Positions 9,795 through 18,555 of a stretch of DNA of 39,248 nt are shown piece by piece (positions within the stretch are counted from its first letter, which is position 1; each line of letters opens with the position of its first letter). Under the pieces are notes generated by a model. It was not told where the DNA came from. It was given only the letters and a program-made list of their open reading frames with translations, and did no database searches. Position numbers and translations under genes: made by a program. This DNA comes from a bacterium (lineage in GTDB: Bacteria; Bacteroidota; Ignavibacteria; UBA10030), in assembly GCA_043803945.1 (NCBI GenBank), contig JAZDJN010000014.1:1-39248 (forward strand), in the 5' to 3' direction.

Positions 9795-10613
9795 TTATCC
9801 TTTCAATCCAGTCATTGTAATTCCACGGATAAAATAGCGCTGCGTAAACAAGAAAACCAGAACAATGGGCAACAGAACAATAACAGCGGCAGCCATTTGA
9901 TGCGGCCAATCCGTTGTATAGAGATTGCTGAAGCTGGCAATCCCCACCTCAACTGTGCGCATTTCAACTCTGTTGGTCACAAGTAATGGCCAGAGGAAAT
10001 CCTTCCAGCTCCCCATAAACGAGAATATGGCAAGCGTTGCCAGTGCAGGTTTAGAAAGGGGAAGGATGACTTTTAGAAAGATAATCAACTCAGAGGCACC
10101 ATCGATACGCGCTGCGTCTTCCAGCTCACGGGGAATCATAAGAAAAAACTGGCGAAGGAGAAAAATTCCCCACACACTGGAAAGTGTGGGTGTGAACAAT
10201 GCCCAGTAAGTGTTCATCCAGCCGAAGCGGCTGATAAGAAGGAAGGATGGAATGATGGTGACAATTGCCGGTATCATCATAGTGGAGAGATAGAGCGCGA
10301 AGATTTTATCTCTCCACCTGAATTGCAGCCGTGCAAATGCATACGCCGCCATTGAGCAGAATGTGAGTTGACCTAGGACGGAAAAGACAGCAACAACCAT
10401 AGTATTGAAGAAGAATCGGGCAAATGGCTGAAGTGTCATCGCTTCAACAAAATTCGTCCATTTGAATGACGTAGGAATGAATTTTGGCGGGAATTGATAC
10501 ACCTCAAGCTCGCTCATCAATGCTGTCCCAAGCATCCACAGAAAAGGGAGAAGCATGGTGAAGGCTAAGAGCAGAAGGAGGACTGCGGTAATCAATCGCG
10601 CCATCTTCTTCAT
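9795..10613 (-). CDS. Carbohydrate ABC transporter permease (MalG/AraQ type)
   Basis: EAA loop IPRELEDAARIDGASE, plus AYAFARLQF and WKDFLWPL. ATG at 10613 preferred; TTG at 10670 overlapping the pfk stop is an alternative start. Confidence 0.93.
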   Translation of the reverse strand: MKKMARLITAVLLLLLAFTMLLPFLWMLGTALMSELEVYQFPPKFIPTSFKWTNFVEAMTLQPFARFFFNTMVVAVFSVLGQLTFCSMAAYAFARLQFRWRDKIFALYLSTMMIPAIVTIIPSFLLISRFGWMNTYWALFTPTLSSVWGIFLLRQFFLMIPRELEDAARIDGASELIIFLKVILPLSKPALATLAIFSFMGSWKDFLWPLLVTNRVEMRTVEVGIASFSNLYTTDWPHQMAAAVIVLLPIVLVFLFTQRYFIRGITMTGLKG

Positions 10614-10666
10614 TGCATTGGTTGTATTCTTCTGGATCAACCGATCCTCATCGTAGCTTTGGATAA

Positions 10667-11773
10667 TCAATCGCCAAAACTAATCCCAAGATCGCGGGCA
10701 CTGAGTATTGTATCGCAATCGGTCTCAACAAATCTCATCCTGCCGGATATTTTTTCGAGAGGAACATATTTCACAGTCGGTGGTGCTAGAGCGACCATTA
10801 CACCCGATTCGCCCGCCTCCAATGCCCGAACTGCCGCCGCTCCAAATCGTAACGAGACCAAACGATCAAACGTAGTCGGCGTCCCGCCTCGCAGAAGGTG
10901 TCCAAGCACAACGCATCGCGTCTCCTTGCCCGAAAGCTCCTGAATTTCTTTTGTCACCCGTTCCCCAGCACCGCCAAGGCGTTCAGCACGCCCCACTTCT
11001 GTTGCGATAACTGCAACGTCGCCATCTTTCGGTTTGGCACCTTCAGCAACGACGACGATTGTGAAGTGAGATCCGAAGCGTTCACGTTCTTCAATTTTCG
11101 CAATTACTTTTTTGATGTCATAAGGAATTTCTGGAATTAGGATGACATCCGCGCCTCCAGAGACACCGGTGTTCAGTGCGATCCATCCAGCATACCGTCC
11201 CATCACTTCAACCACCATCACCCGTTGATGCGACTCTGCAGTCGTATGTAATCGATCGATACAGGTCGTAGCAAACGAAACAGCCGTGTCAAAACCAAAT
11301 GTAATGACCGTATTCTCTAAATCGTTATCGATGGTCTTTGGTACGCCAACCACCGCCAATCCTTTTTTGGCAAATTCGTTCGCGATCGTTAGAGAACCGT
11401 CGCCTCCAATGGCAACGAGTGCATCGATCTTGTTTGCGCGAAATGCAGCCATCACCTCATCGGTTCGATCAATTTCGTGATAGAGGCCATCTTCACCCAA
11501 CTTCGGCCATTTTTGCGGATTGCCTTTATTCGTTGTGCCCAGGATGGTCCCACCGAGATGGGTGATCCCTCGGACGCGCTCACGGGTAAGGGGAATGAGC
11601 CCGCCTTCGGGATATCGTTCGGGGAGAAAGAGACCATTGTACCCATCACGGATTCCCACAACTTCCCATCCGCGATTGATTGCAGAAATGGTGACAGCAC
11701 GAATTACAGCATTCAGTCCAGGTGCATCACCACCGCCAGTATTGACAGCGACTTTACGGATTGTTGTTGCCAT
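10667..11773 (-). CDS. pfkA: 6-phosphofructokinase, group III (probably ATP-dependent)
   Basis: TGGGDAPGLNAVIRA, GGTILGT, GGDGS, PKTIDND, EVMGRYAGWIA, LGHLLRGG. SD AGGAGG lies upstream. Confidence 0.93.
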   Translation of the reverse strand: MATTIRKVAVNTGGGDAPGLNAVIRAVTISAINRGWEVVGIRDGYNGLFLPERYPEGGLIPLTRERVRGITHLGGTILGTTNKGNPQKWPKLGEDGLYHEIDRTDEVMAAFRANKIDALVAIGGDGSLTIANEFAKKGLAVVGVPKTIDNDLENTVITFGFDTAVSFATTCIDRLHTTAESHQRVMVVEVMGRYAGWIALNTGVSGGADVILIPEIPYDIKKVIAKIEERERFGSHFTIVVVAEGAKPKDGDVAVIATEVGRAERLGGAGERVTKEIQELSGKETRCVVLGHLLRGGTPTTFDRLVSLRFGAAAVRALEAGESGVMVALAPPTVKYVPLEKISGRMRFVETDCDTILSARDLGISFGD

Positions 11774-11849
11774 AGTTGCCTCCTATTGTGAGCTGATGAA
11801 AAAGGATATTGATCACGACATCCATTTTCGTATGACATTTATTAAAGCA

Positions 11850-14180
11850 TTATGAGTATTCGATATTCCTACCGATCACTTTAAATTGAATCCAGGTCAT
11901 TACCATAATAATGATAAAGAGAATCCAGGACATCGCTGAAGCATATCCCATGCGCAGTTGTTCCCATGCAGATTGATAAATATGATAGACAAGGACATCG
12001 GTGCTGCGAACAGGACCTCCACCGGTCATCACATAAATGGAGGTGAAAACCTGAAAGGAAGAAATCAACGATGTGACAAGAATAAAAAAAGTTGTGGGCC
12101 TGAGCAGCGGAAAGGTTATTCTCCAAAATCGCCCCCATGTGCTGGCACCATCGATCTTCGAGGCGTCGAGCAATTCTTCCGGAATGCCCTGCAATCCCGC
12201 AAGGAAAATTATCATTTGATATCCCAAACCGAGCCAGACAGAAAAAATGATTATCGAGACCATTGCTGTGTTTGTTGAATTAAGCCACTGCAGAGGGCCG
12301 AGACCGAAGAGGCTCAAGAGAAAATTGGCGATACCGAATGTCGGATGATAGATCCACATCCAGACGAGTGCGATCGCGACAAAGGAAGTAACACTGGGGA
12401 GAAAATAGAGTGTCCGCAGTGCCGATAATCCTTTAATCTTTTGATTCATTAATAAAGCAACCGAGAGCGAGATGACCATACCAAGCGGAACGTTCAAAGA
12501 AAAGAGCAGTGTGTTTTTCAAGGCGTTCCAGAACATTGGATCGTGAAAGAGCTCGGAGAAATTATCCAATCCTACAAAGGGCTTTTCTGGTACAACGATG
12601 TCCCACCGATGAAAACTCAGATAAGCAGAGAAGAGAATGGGAGTGAAAAGAAACACCGACAGGTGAAAGAGTGATGGTGCAAGAAAACGCAATGCTGTAC
12701 CGGTTTCCTTCCTGGATTTTTTCTTTTCTCTGAAATACATGAATGTGCTGCCTGCAATGACAAAGAGAGTCACTCCCGCGAGGAATTCAATTATTTCCGC
12801 ATGCTCACGAATTGGCTTAAACTCATAAGTCTCGTGTGCTCGGATATTCTTCAACTCAGTATCCACGCGTTTTGCATACTGAGCCATGGTCGTTTGCATG
12901 GGTTGATGATTGATCATCACCTCATCGACAGCGTCCTGGAGGGTCCACTCAATCTCGCTGAAGCGCTCGATCACTGAGCCCCAAGGTTGGCGGCAGAAGG
13001 GAATTTCTGAGAGAAATTCTTTTTCGAGTCCGTATGGATCGTTGGTAACGAGCGCCGCTGCGACAGACCGCACGGAGGGAATTTCAAGCCGCCGGCTGGC
13101 TCTGATTTTATTGGCTTCTTCGCCTGCCATAAATGCCGCAAGCAATGCTGCCTCCTGCTGATATTTTGATGTTGACGAGACACACCAGCCGGATTCGTAC
13201 ATGACGTTTACTTTATTTCCCGAGGGATGCCGGGGGAGAGGTGCAACACCAATATCTAAAGCACCGGCTTCTATAAGCTTCAGGAATTTCGGCATCCGCC
13301 AATGGCCGTCGAGGATCATAGCGATTTTGTCGCTAGCAAACAGTTGTGAATTCATCCCTGTCTTTTCAGATTGAATCCAGCTTCCGGTATTCGGCGCGAC
13401 GCCATGGCGTGTCTGTAAATCTATAAGAAATTGCAGTGCAGATTGTGTTTGGCTCGAAGTTAAATACCCGCTTGACACTGTCCCATCAGGATTAACCACA
13501 TCGCCTCCGCCCGTCCAAACCCAGCAAATCCAGTAATAGTATTTGTTTGTAAAGGCTGCCCCATACTGGTCGATTGAACCATCTCCATCGAGGTCTTTTG
13601 TCAGTCGTTGGGCAATCTTCAAATACTGATTCCAATCCCATTGCGGTGAGGGGAAAGGTTCTCCTGCTTGCCGAAAGAGTTTTTTGTTGTAATAAATCAT
13701 TAACGGCGTAAAACCTTTAGGAAAAGCATAGAGGGCATTGCCCTGTCGTGCGATGTTCAAAACATTTGGATACCATTGACTCGTATCGATCCCCAGAGGC
13801 CGGATAAAAGGAGTAAGGTCGAGGAGGATTTTCTTGTTGGTGAACGTTGGTATCAGTTTGGAATCGAGAAGGAATACATCGGGAGGATCATCTGCAGCAA
13901 ATGCCGTTAGAATTTTTTCTTCGTACTGCCGGTCGGAATTCGGTTCATACAGAACGCGAATTGCAGGGTATCGTTTCTGAAATGCATCGATCGCTTTCTT
14001 ATCGAGAGGAATCTCTTCCAGGTCGGCCCAATCGACAAGACGGAGTGTGATTTGCTTTTGGGCCACCATACTCTGTGCAGGGATGAAGAGTATAGTCAGA
14101 AGGAGTATGAGAATTTTACAGTACTGTTGCACTCGACGATGTACCTTATTGTTGATTGAGGTACTTCCGATAGTTATCAT
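11850..14180 (-). CDS. Fused carbohydrate ABC extracellular solute-binding protein + MalF-type permease
   Basis: N-terminal family-1 SBP (PPDVFLL, LLDLTPFI, IYYNKKLFRQAG) continues in frame into a permease (FVGLDNF, GIPEELLDASKIDGAS, MGYASAM). ATG at 14180 directly follows the upstream stop. Confidence 0.9.
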   Translation of the reverse strand: MITIGSTSINNKVHRRVQQYCKILILLLTILFIPAQSMVAQKQITLRLVDWADLEEIPLDKKAIDAFQKRYPAIRVLYEPNSDRQYEEKILTAFAADDPPDVFLLDSKLIPTFTNKKILLDLTPFIRPLGIDTSQWYPNVLNIARQGNALYAFPKGFTPLMIYYNKKLFRQAGEPFPSPQWDWNQYLKIAQRLTKDLDGDGSIDQYGAAFTNKYYYWICWVWTGGGDVVNPDGTVSSGYLTSSQTQSALQFLIDLQTRHGVAPNTGSWIQSEKTGMNSQLFASDKIAMILDGHWRMPKFLKLIEAGALDIGVAPLPRHPSGNKVNVMYESGWCVSSTSKYQQEAALLAAFMAGEEANKIRASRRLEIPSVRSVAAALVTNDPYGLEKEFLSEIPFCRQPWGSVIERFSEIEWTLQDAVDEVMINHQPMQTTMAQYAKRVDTELKNIRAHETYEFKPIREHAEIIEFLAGVTLFVIAGSTFMYFREKKKSRKETGTALRFLAPSLFHLSVFLFTPILFSAYLSFHRWDIVVPEKPFVGLDNFSELFHDPMFWNALKNTLLFSLNVPLGMVISLSVALLMNQKIKGLSALRTLYFLPSVTSFVAIALVWMWIYHPTFGIANFLLSLFGLGPLQWLNSTNTAMVSIIIFSVWLGLGYQMIIFLAGLQGIPEELLDASKIDGASTWGRFWRITFPLLRPTTFFILVTSLISSFQVFTSIYVMTGGGPVRSTDVLVYHIYQSAWEQLRMGYASAMSWILFIIIMVMTWIQFKVIGRNIEYS

Positions 14181-14184
14181 AGAA

Positions 14185-15369
14185 TCAGTGTTGTGGACAG
14201 CAAATCTCGCGCAGTGTCTCCATCGTTGTTTCGATTTCTTCGGGAGTATTGTAAAAATGCGGAGAAAATCGAATCCTTCCTTCACGCAATGAAATGAGAA
14301 TTTTGTGACTCATCAAGGCTTCGTGAATCTTGCTGACATCGACATCTGTTGGAAGCTGAATTGTCACAATCCCCGCCCGTTCTTCATCCTGGATTGGAGA
14401 AAGAAGCCGGATTCTCTCGTTCGAAAGAATCCCTTCGATCAGCATTCGGGTAAGCGAAAGAATATGCTGCTCTATGCGATCCATTCCCAACTCAACAAAC
14501 ATTTTCAATGCTGCGTTCATTCCATAAATGCAGGGGATATTAAGTGTACCCCCTTCGTAGCGCCTGGCAGAAGCGGCAGGTTGCTGTTCATAGTTGAAGA
14601 AATCCCATGGTTCAACAACTCCAAGCCAGCCAAAATATTTTTGATTGATCATCGATTGAAGGGTTTCGGTGAGATACAGGAACCCGGAGCCCTGTGGACT
14701 CAACTGCCATTTTTGTGCTCCGGCTGCGAGAGCGTCGATATTCATGTTCTGAACATCTATGTGGACAGCACCGACGGCCTGAATTCCATCGACAAGAAAA
14801 AGGATGCCACGCGCTCGGCAATACTCGCCAATGCTCTTGAGGTCTGCCCGGTATCCCGATAGAAATTGTACGGCGCTTAACGCAATGGCGCGTGTGCGCG
14901 ATGTGACAGCACTAAAAATCTGATCTGCAGTAATTTTTCCATCGGGACAGTTAAGCACTTCAAGTTCAACGCCAAGCTTTTTGAGAGGAATGTAAGGATA
15001 AACATTTGCCGGAAATTCCAGGTTATTCAGGATAACCTGATCTCCTGATTTCCATGGCAATCCTGAGGTTATAATATTCAAAGCATCGGAGGTGTTACCA
15101 CAGAGCGCTAAACGATCTGTAGATTCTGCGTTGATGATTGTACGAATGGAATCCTTAGATTCAATAATCCGCTTCAAGTCAGTACTATAAGTCTCAAGCT
15201 TGCCATAGGATCGTTCCTGCAAATATTCTGTCATTGCCATAACAACAGGCGTTGAGAGCGGGGCAGTGGAGGCATGGTTGAAATGTATCCATCCCTTGGC
15301 AATATGGGGGAAGCGGGAGCGTATCTCTGCTAATTGGTTATCTGGCAGCAACTTAAGGCCTGGATTCAT
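14185..15369 (-). CDS. Aminotransferase class V PLP enzyme (cysteine desulfurase-like fold)
   Basis: HFNHASTAP, EFPANVYP, VDGIQAVG, AQKWQLSPQGSG (PLP Lys), RYEGGTLN, IRFSPHFYN. Start moved to ATG 15369 to avoid overlap with the divergent gene. Confidence 0.88.
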   Translation of the reverse strand: MNPGLKLLPDNQLAEIRSRFPHIAKGWIHFNHASTAPLSTPVVMAMTEYLQERSYGKLETYSTDLKRIIESKDSIRTIINAESTDRLALCGNTSDALNIITSGLPWKSGDQVILNNLEFPANVYPYIPLKKLGVELEVLNCPDGKITADQIFSAVTSRTRAIALSAVQFLSGYRADLKSIGEYCRARGILFLVDGIQAVGAVHIDVQNMNIDALAAGAQKWQLSPQGSGFLYLTETLQSMINQKYFGWLGVVEPWDFFNYEQQPAASARRYEGGTLNIPCIYGMNAALKMFVELGMDRIEQHILSLTRMLIEGILSNERIRLLSPIQDEERAGIVTIQLPTDVDVSKIHEALMSHKILISLREGRIRFSPHFYNTPEEIETTMETLREICCPQH

Positions 15370-15528
15370 ACGATCTATAGAACTGTTTCGACAAATACCT
15401 TTCGAGATAGTACGGAAAGAGGGTAGGAAAATCAAGGAATCATTCATCAAGGTCAACTTGTTTTTACAATTCAACTTAACTACAATTGTCCTGTGAGTTT
15501 CTTCTCTTATCTGCCAGAGGATCTGTCT

Positions 15529-16386
15529 ATGCATTCAAGGAGGTATCTCAATCGTATAATACTCTTTCTTTCAATTTCTCTTTTTGCCCTTCAATCGGTT
15601 TTTCCTTATGCAAACTCGGATTCAACCACGCACGATCTATCTAAGTTCGCTATTATCTCTCTCGATCTTTCAAATGCTGCTTCCCGGTCGATTTCCTATA
15701 CCACATCTCCATTACGTGCATCGACAACTGATTGGTTAGAGTTTTCGGGAGTTGCAGGTATTATCGTTGCATCTTCCCTGCTTGATCAGACAGTTCATGA
15801 ACGCGTTCGCAGTGCCGGAGGAGATGGATTTAATGGAAATGTCTGGGATCTCCCCACTCTGTATGGCACGCTGGGGACAGGAGCATCTCTCTCGTTTGGA
15901 ACCTATGCGACGGGATTATTGACGTCAAATGACGAATTGCGAGTGACTGGTGCGATGATGGGAGAGAGTGTTCTTCTTGCAGGCGCGACGACGTGGATTG
16001 TAAAATATGTGGCGGGAAGATCGCGCCCTTTCATGAATCAAGGGGCCGGTGAATTTTCTGTTTTTCAGAGTAGTTATAACCGGCAATCGTTTCCTTCGGG
16101 GCATACAACAATTGCATTTGCGCTCTCCACTGTTCTGGCAGAAAGAATTGATACTCCGTTGGCCCGATTTTCTCTCTATTCGCTTGCCGCACTCACAGGG
16201 TGCGCACGAATGGTTAATAATCAACATTGGTTTTCTGATGTGCTTGGCGGCGCAGCAATTGGCACTGCTGCGGCATTGTTCGTTCTTCACAATTCGACGG
16301 GACAGAAAAATTCAACACCACGTAATGACACAGGAATTTTCATCTATCCATCCTTGAATGGGGTCTCGCTGGTTCTAAAGTTTTAA
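15529..16386 (+). CDS. PAP2-family phosphatase
   Basis: All three PAP2 motifs are present: KYVAGRSRP, SFPSGH, ARMVNNQHWFSDV. N-terminal signal-like segment. Confidence 0.9.
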   Translation: MHSRRYLNRIILFLSISLFALQSVFPYANSDSTTHDLSKFAIISLDLSNAASRSISYTTSPLRASTTDWLEFSGVAGIIVASSLLDQTVHERVRSAGGDGFNGNVWDLPTLYGTLGTGASLSFGTYATGLLTSNDELRVTGAMMGESVLLAGATTWIVKYVAGRSRPFMNQGAGEFSVFQSSYNRQSFPSGHTTIAFALSTVLAERIDTPLARFSLYSLAALTGCARMVNNQHWFSDVLGGAAIGTAAALFVLHNSTGQKNSTPRNDTGIFIYPSLNGVSLVLKF

Positions 16387-16471
16387 TAGAATTGAATTGA
16401 TCTTCAATCATATTCCGACGGTTGAATTGTTAGTGCGGTTTGTATCGAGTCATCAAAGAATCATCACTTCG

Positions 16472-17785
16472 ATGGAACATTCTTCAAAACGTCTGCTTCT
16501 GAAAATGGCATTGCAGTTCCTTGTGCTCGGATCATGTGGATGTTTCAGCAGTTATGATAACCAAATGTTTCTTGGAGATCGCTATTATGATACCGGCGAG
16601 TTTGAAATAGCTGCAGATGCTTTTCGAAATGCCATTCTGATCGATCCCAAAAAAGGTACGGCATATTATCGCCTGGGGGAATGTTTTCTTGCTACGGGGC
16701 AAACCGAGGATGCCGTTTACGCATTCGAAAAAGTCATTGAGGTTGACAATACGCTGGCTGGCCTTGCTGCTTATGAGCTTGCGTTGATATATCTCCAGGA
16801 GAATACATTAGACACCGCAAATTTCTATTGCCTGAAAACTCTTTCCGAAAATCCTAACCTTATCAAAGCCTATGCGACGTACGGAAATATTCAAAATGGC
16901 ATGGGTCGATTTGATAAAGCCATTGAATTCGTTTTACGCGGCTTGTCATTTCAGCCCAGGCAAATTTTAAGGGAAGGATTACAGGGGTATCGCGACGATC
17001 GGGCTGCACTCTTTAACACCCTCGGAAAATCCTTTTCAGGAATGGGGAGATGGGAGTTCGCTGTTGTAGCTTTTGATTCCGCAGCGAAATACACACCTCA
17101 GTGGCATATTCCTGTCTATAACAAGGCTGAGGAATATGAGGCGCAAGGACGATTTCTTCAGGCTGAAGATATTTACGATGGTGCAAGAAAGAAAGGCTGG
17201 CCGGCGAGAGAGTTGAATCCAAGAGCAGCCCGAATGTACTATCATTGGGGGAAAATTAATAGATCCATTGCTCTGCTGGAACAATTGCAGCATGCTGAAG
17301 CTGGCAATATCACTTTACTAATGACGCTCGGACGTTTGTACGAATTTGTTGGTAAACATTCTGATGCCTTAATGATCTATAACCTGGCGATGCTGGAAGA
17401 TACACTCGCTGCAGCACCTCATTATTATCTCGGCAGGCTTTGCGCATCCGGCTCCAATTACTCATCCGCAATCCAACATTTCCGACAGGCCATGACTCTC
17501 GATCCGTCATATCCAGGCTCCTATCTACACGCCGGTGTACTATATTTTCAGCAAGAAAAATATGAAGAGGCTCAAGTGATGTTCAAACAGGCGGCTGCAC
17601 TCGACACCCTTTCTGCAGAAGCCTATCTTAATCTAGCATTTCTCTCCCTGGCGAAGGAGAAGATTGCACTAGCTTCGAGCTATTTCTATACGGCACAAAA
17701 CTTATTTCTCCGCTTTGGCGGAATGCCCGCAGCAAGCGATGAACTTGAACTGCTGTTTGACACACTTATTCAAAACGAACGTTAA
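16472..17785 (+). CDS. Tetratricopeptide-repeat protein (possible lipoprotein)
   Basis: Multiple TPR units (AYYRLGECF, AYATYGNIQ, PHYYLGRL, SYLHAGVLY, AYLNLAFL) and a hydrophobic N-terminus with LGSC. Start uncertain. Confidence 0.85.
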   Translation: MEHSSKRLLLKMALQFLVLGSCGCFSSYDNQMFLGDRYYDTGEFEIAADAFRNAILIDPKKGTAYYRLGECFLATGQTEDAVYAFEKVIEVDNTLAGLAAYELALIYLQENTLDTANFYCLKTLSENPNLIKAYATYGNIQNGMGRFDKAIEFVLRGLSFQPRQILREGLQGYRDDRAALFNTLGKSFSGMGRWEFAVVAFDSAAKYTPQWHIPVYNKAEEYEAQGRFLQAEDIYDGARKKGWPARELNPRAARMYYHWGKINRSIALLEQLQHAEAGNITLLMTLGRLYEFVGKHSDALMIYNLAMLEDTLAAAPHYYLGRLCASGSNYSSAIQHFRQAMTLDPSYPGSYLHAGVLYFQQEKYEEAQVMFKQAAALDTLSAEAYLNLAFLSLAKEKIALASSYFYTAQNLFLRFGGMPAASDELELLFDTLIQNER

Positions 17786-17797
17786 GCTCTTCGTATC

Positions 17798-18121
17798 ATG
17801 AAAATTGAGTACGGAAAAATCCTCCTCTACGCTCTGGCTCCTTTGATAGGCAAGTTCGTTCTCTATCGTTTGATTTTCTATCTTCGAAAGATCGACATCC
17901 AAAATCTCCAATGTCTTACAATTGCCGGTGCCTCGGTATTACTCTCAGTTATTCCTCTTCCATTACCGGAAGCTCTCTATGTCGTCGCGATCATAGGAAT
18001 TTCCGCAATCCTCATTCAACGGTATACCGAAGCAGAACTCTATCCCGACGGTTTGTTTATTCCATTTGGGGTTGAGTTGTTCTATGCGTACGGACTTATT
18101 CCGTTGCTCAGTAAGCTGTAA
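17798..18121 (+). CDS. Hypothetical membrane protein
   Basis: 107-aa hydrophobic ORF 12 bp after the TPR gene, same strand. Confidence 0.7.
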   Translation: MKIEYGKILLYALAPLIGKFVLYRLIFYLRKIDIQNLQCLTIAGASVLLSVIPLPLPEALYVVAIIGISAILIQRYTEAELYPDGLFIPFGVELFYAYGLIPLLSKL

Positions 18122-18130
18122 GCCGCACGC

Positions 18131-18159
18131 TTGCAACCACTTTCAAACTTTTGTATCTT
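18131..18159 (+). promoter_or_regulatory. Putative sigma70 promoter for tRNA-Arg/proS
   Basis: TTGCAA-N17-TATCTT. Confidence 0.55.
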
Positions 18160-18327
18160 CCAAAGTGACCAACGAGTGTTTTTTACGAGTTGAAGTCACT
18201 TTGAGAATCCCGACGAAAGTCGGGATCCAGCTTCTGTTCCAAAGTGACCAACGCCTGCCTGCGTGTCCGCCGTGGCGGACAGGCAGGAGTGTATTCTACG
18301 AGTTGAAATCACTTTGAGAATCCCGAC
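18158..18327 (+). repeat. Two 57-bp direct repeats (hairpin units); copy 2 carries a 34-bp palindromic insertion
   Basis: 18158-18214 vs 18237-18327: 54/57 identical once 18254-18287 is removed. Confidence 0.9.
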
Positions 18328-18347
18328 ATACACAAGTTTCACAATAT

Positions 18348-18421
18348 GGCCCCGTAGCTCAAGTGGACAGAGCAGCGGTTTCCTAAACCGTTGGTTGGAG
18401 GTTCGAGTCCTCTCGGGGCTA
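18348..18421 (+). tRNA. tRNA-Arg (anticodon CCT); CCA not encoded
   Basis: GGCCCCG/CGGGGCT acceptor stem, GCGGT-TTCCTAA-ACCGT anticodon arm, GGAGG-TTCGAGT-CCTCT T arm. Confidence 0.96.
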
Positions 18422-18555
18422 CTAACAGTACAGAAGCAGAGAATTTGTCAGGCTCGTGGATATATGAAATGGTGCTCGCTCCAAGAAGCAAACACATCGT
18501 TCCTCCAGACGCATAACCAACACACAACATTATTCACTAACTCAATTCAGATCTT

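Noticed and set aside
18158-18327. Mini CRISPR array
   Set aside because: Only two 57-bp units with a 22-bp gap and no cas genes; a duplicated hairpin explains it better.
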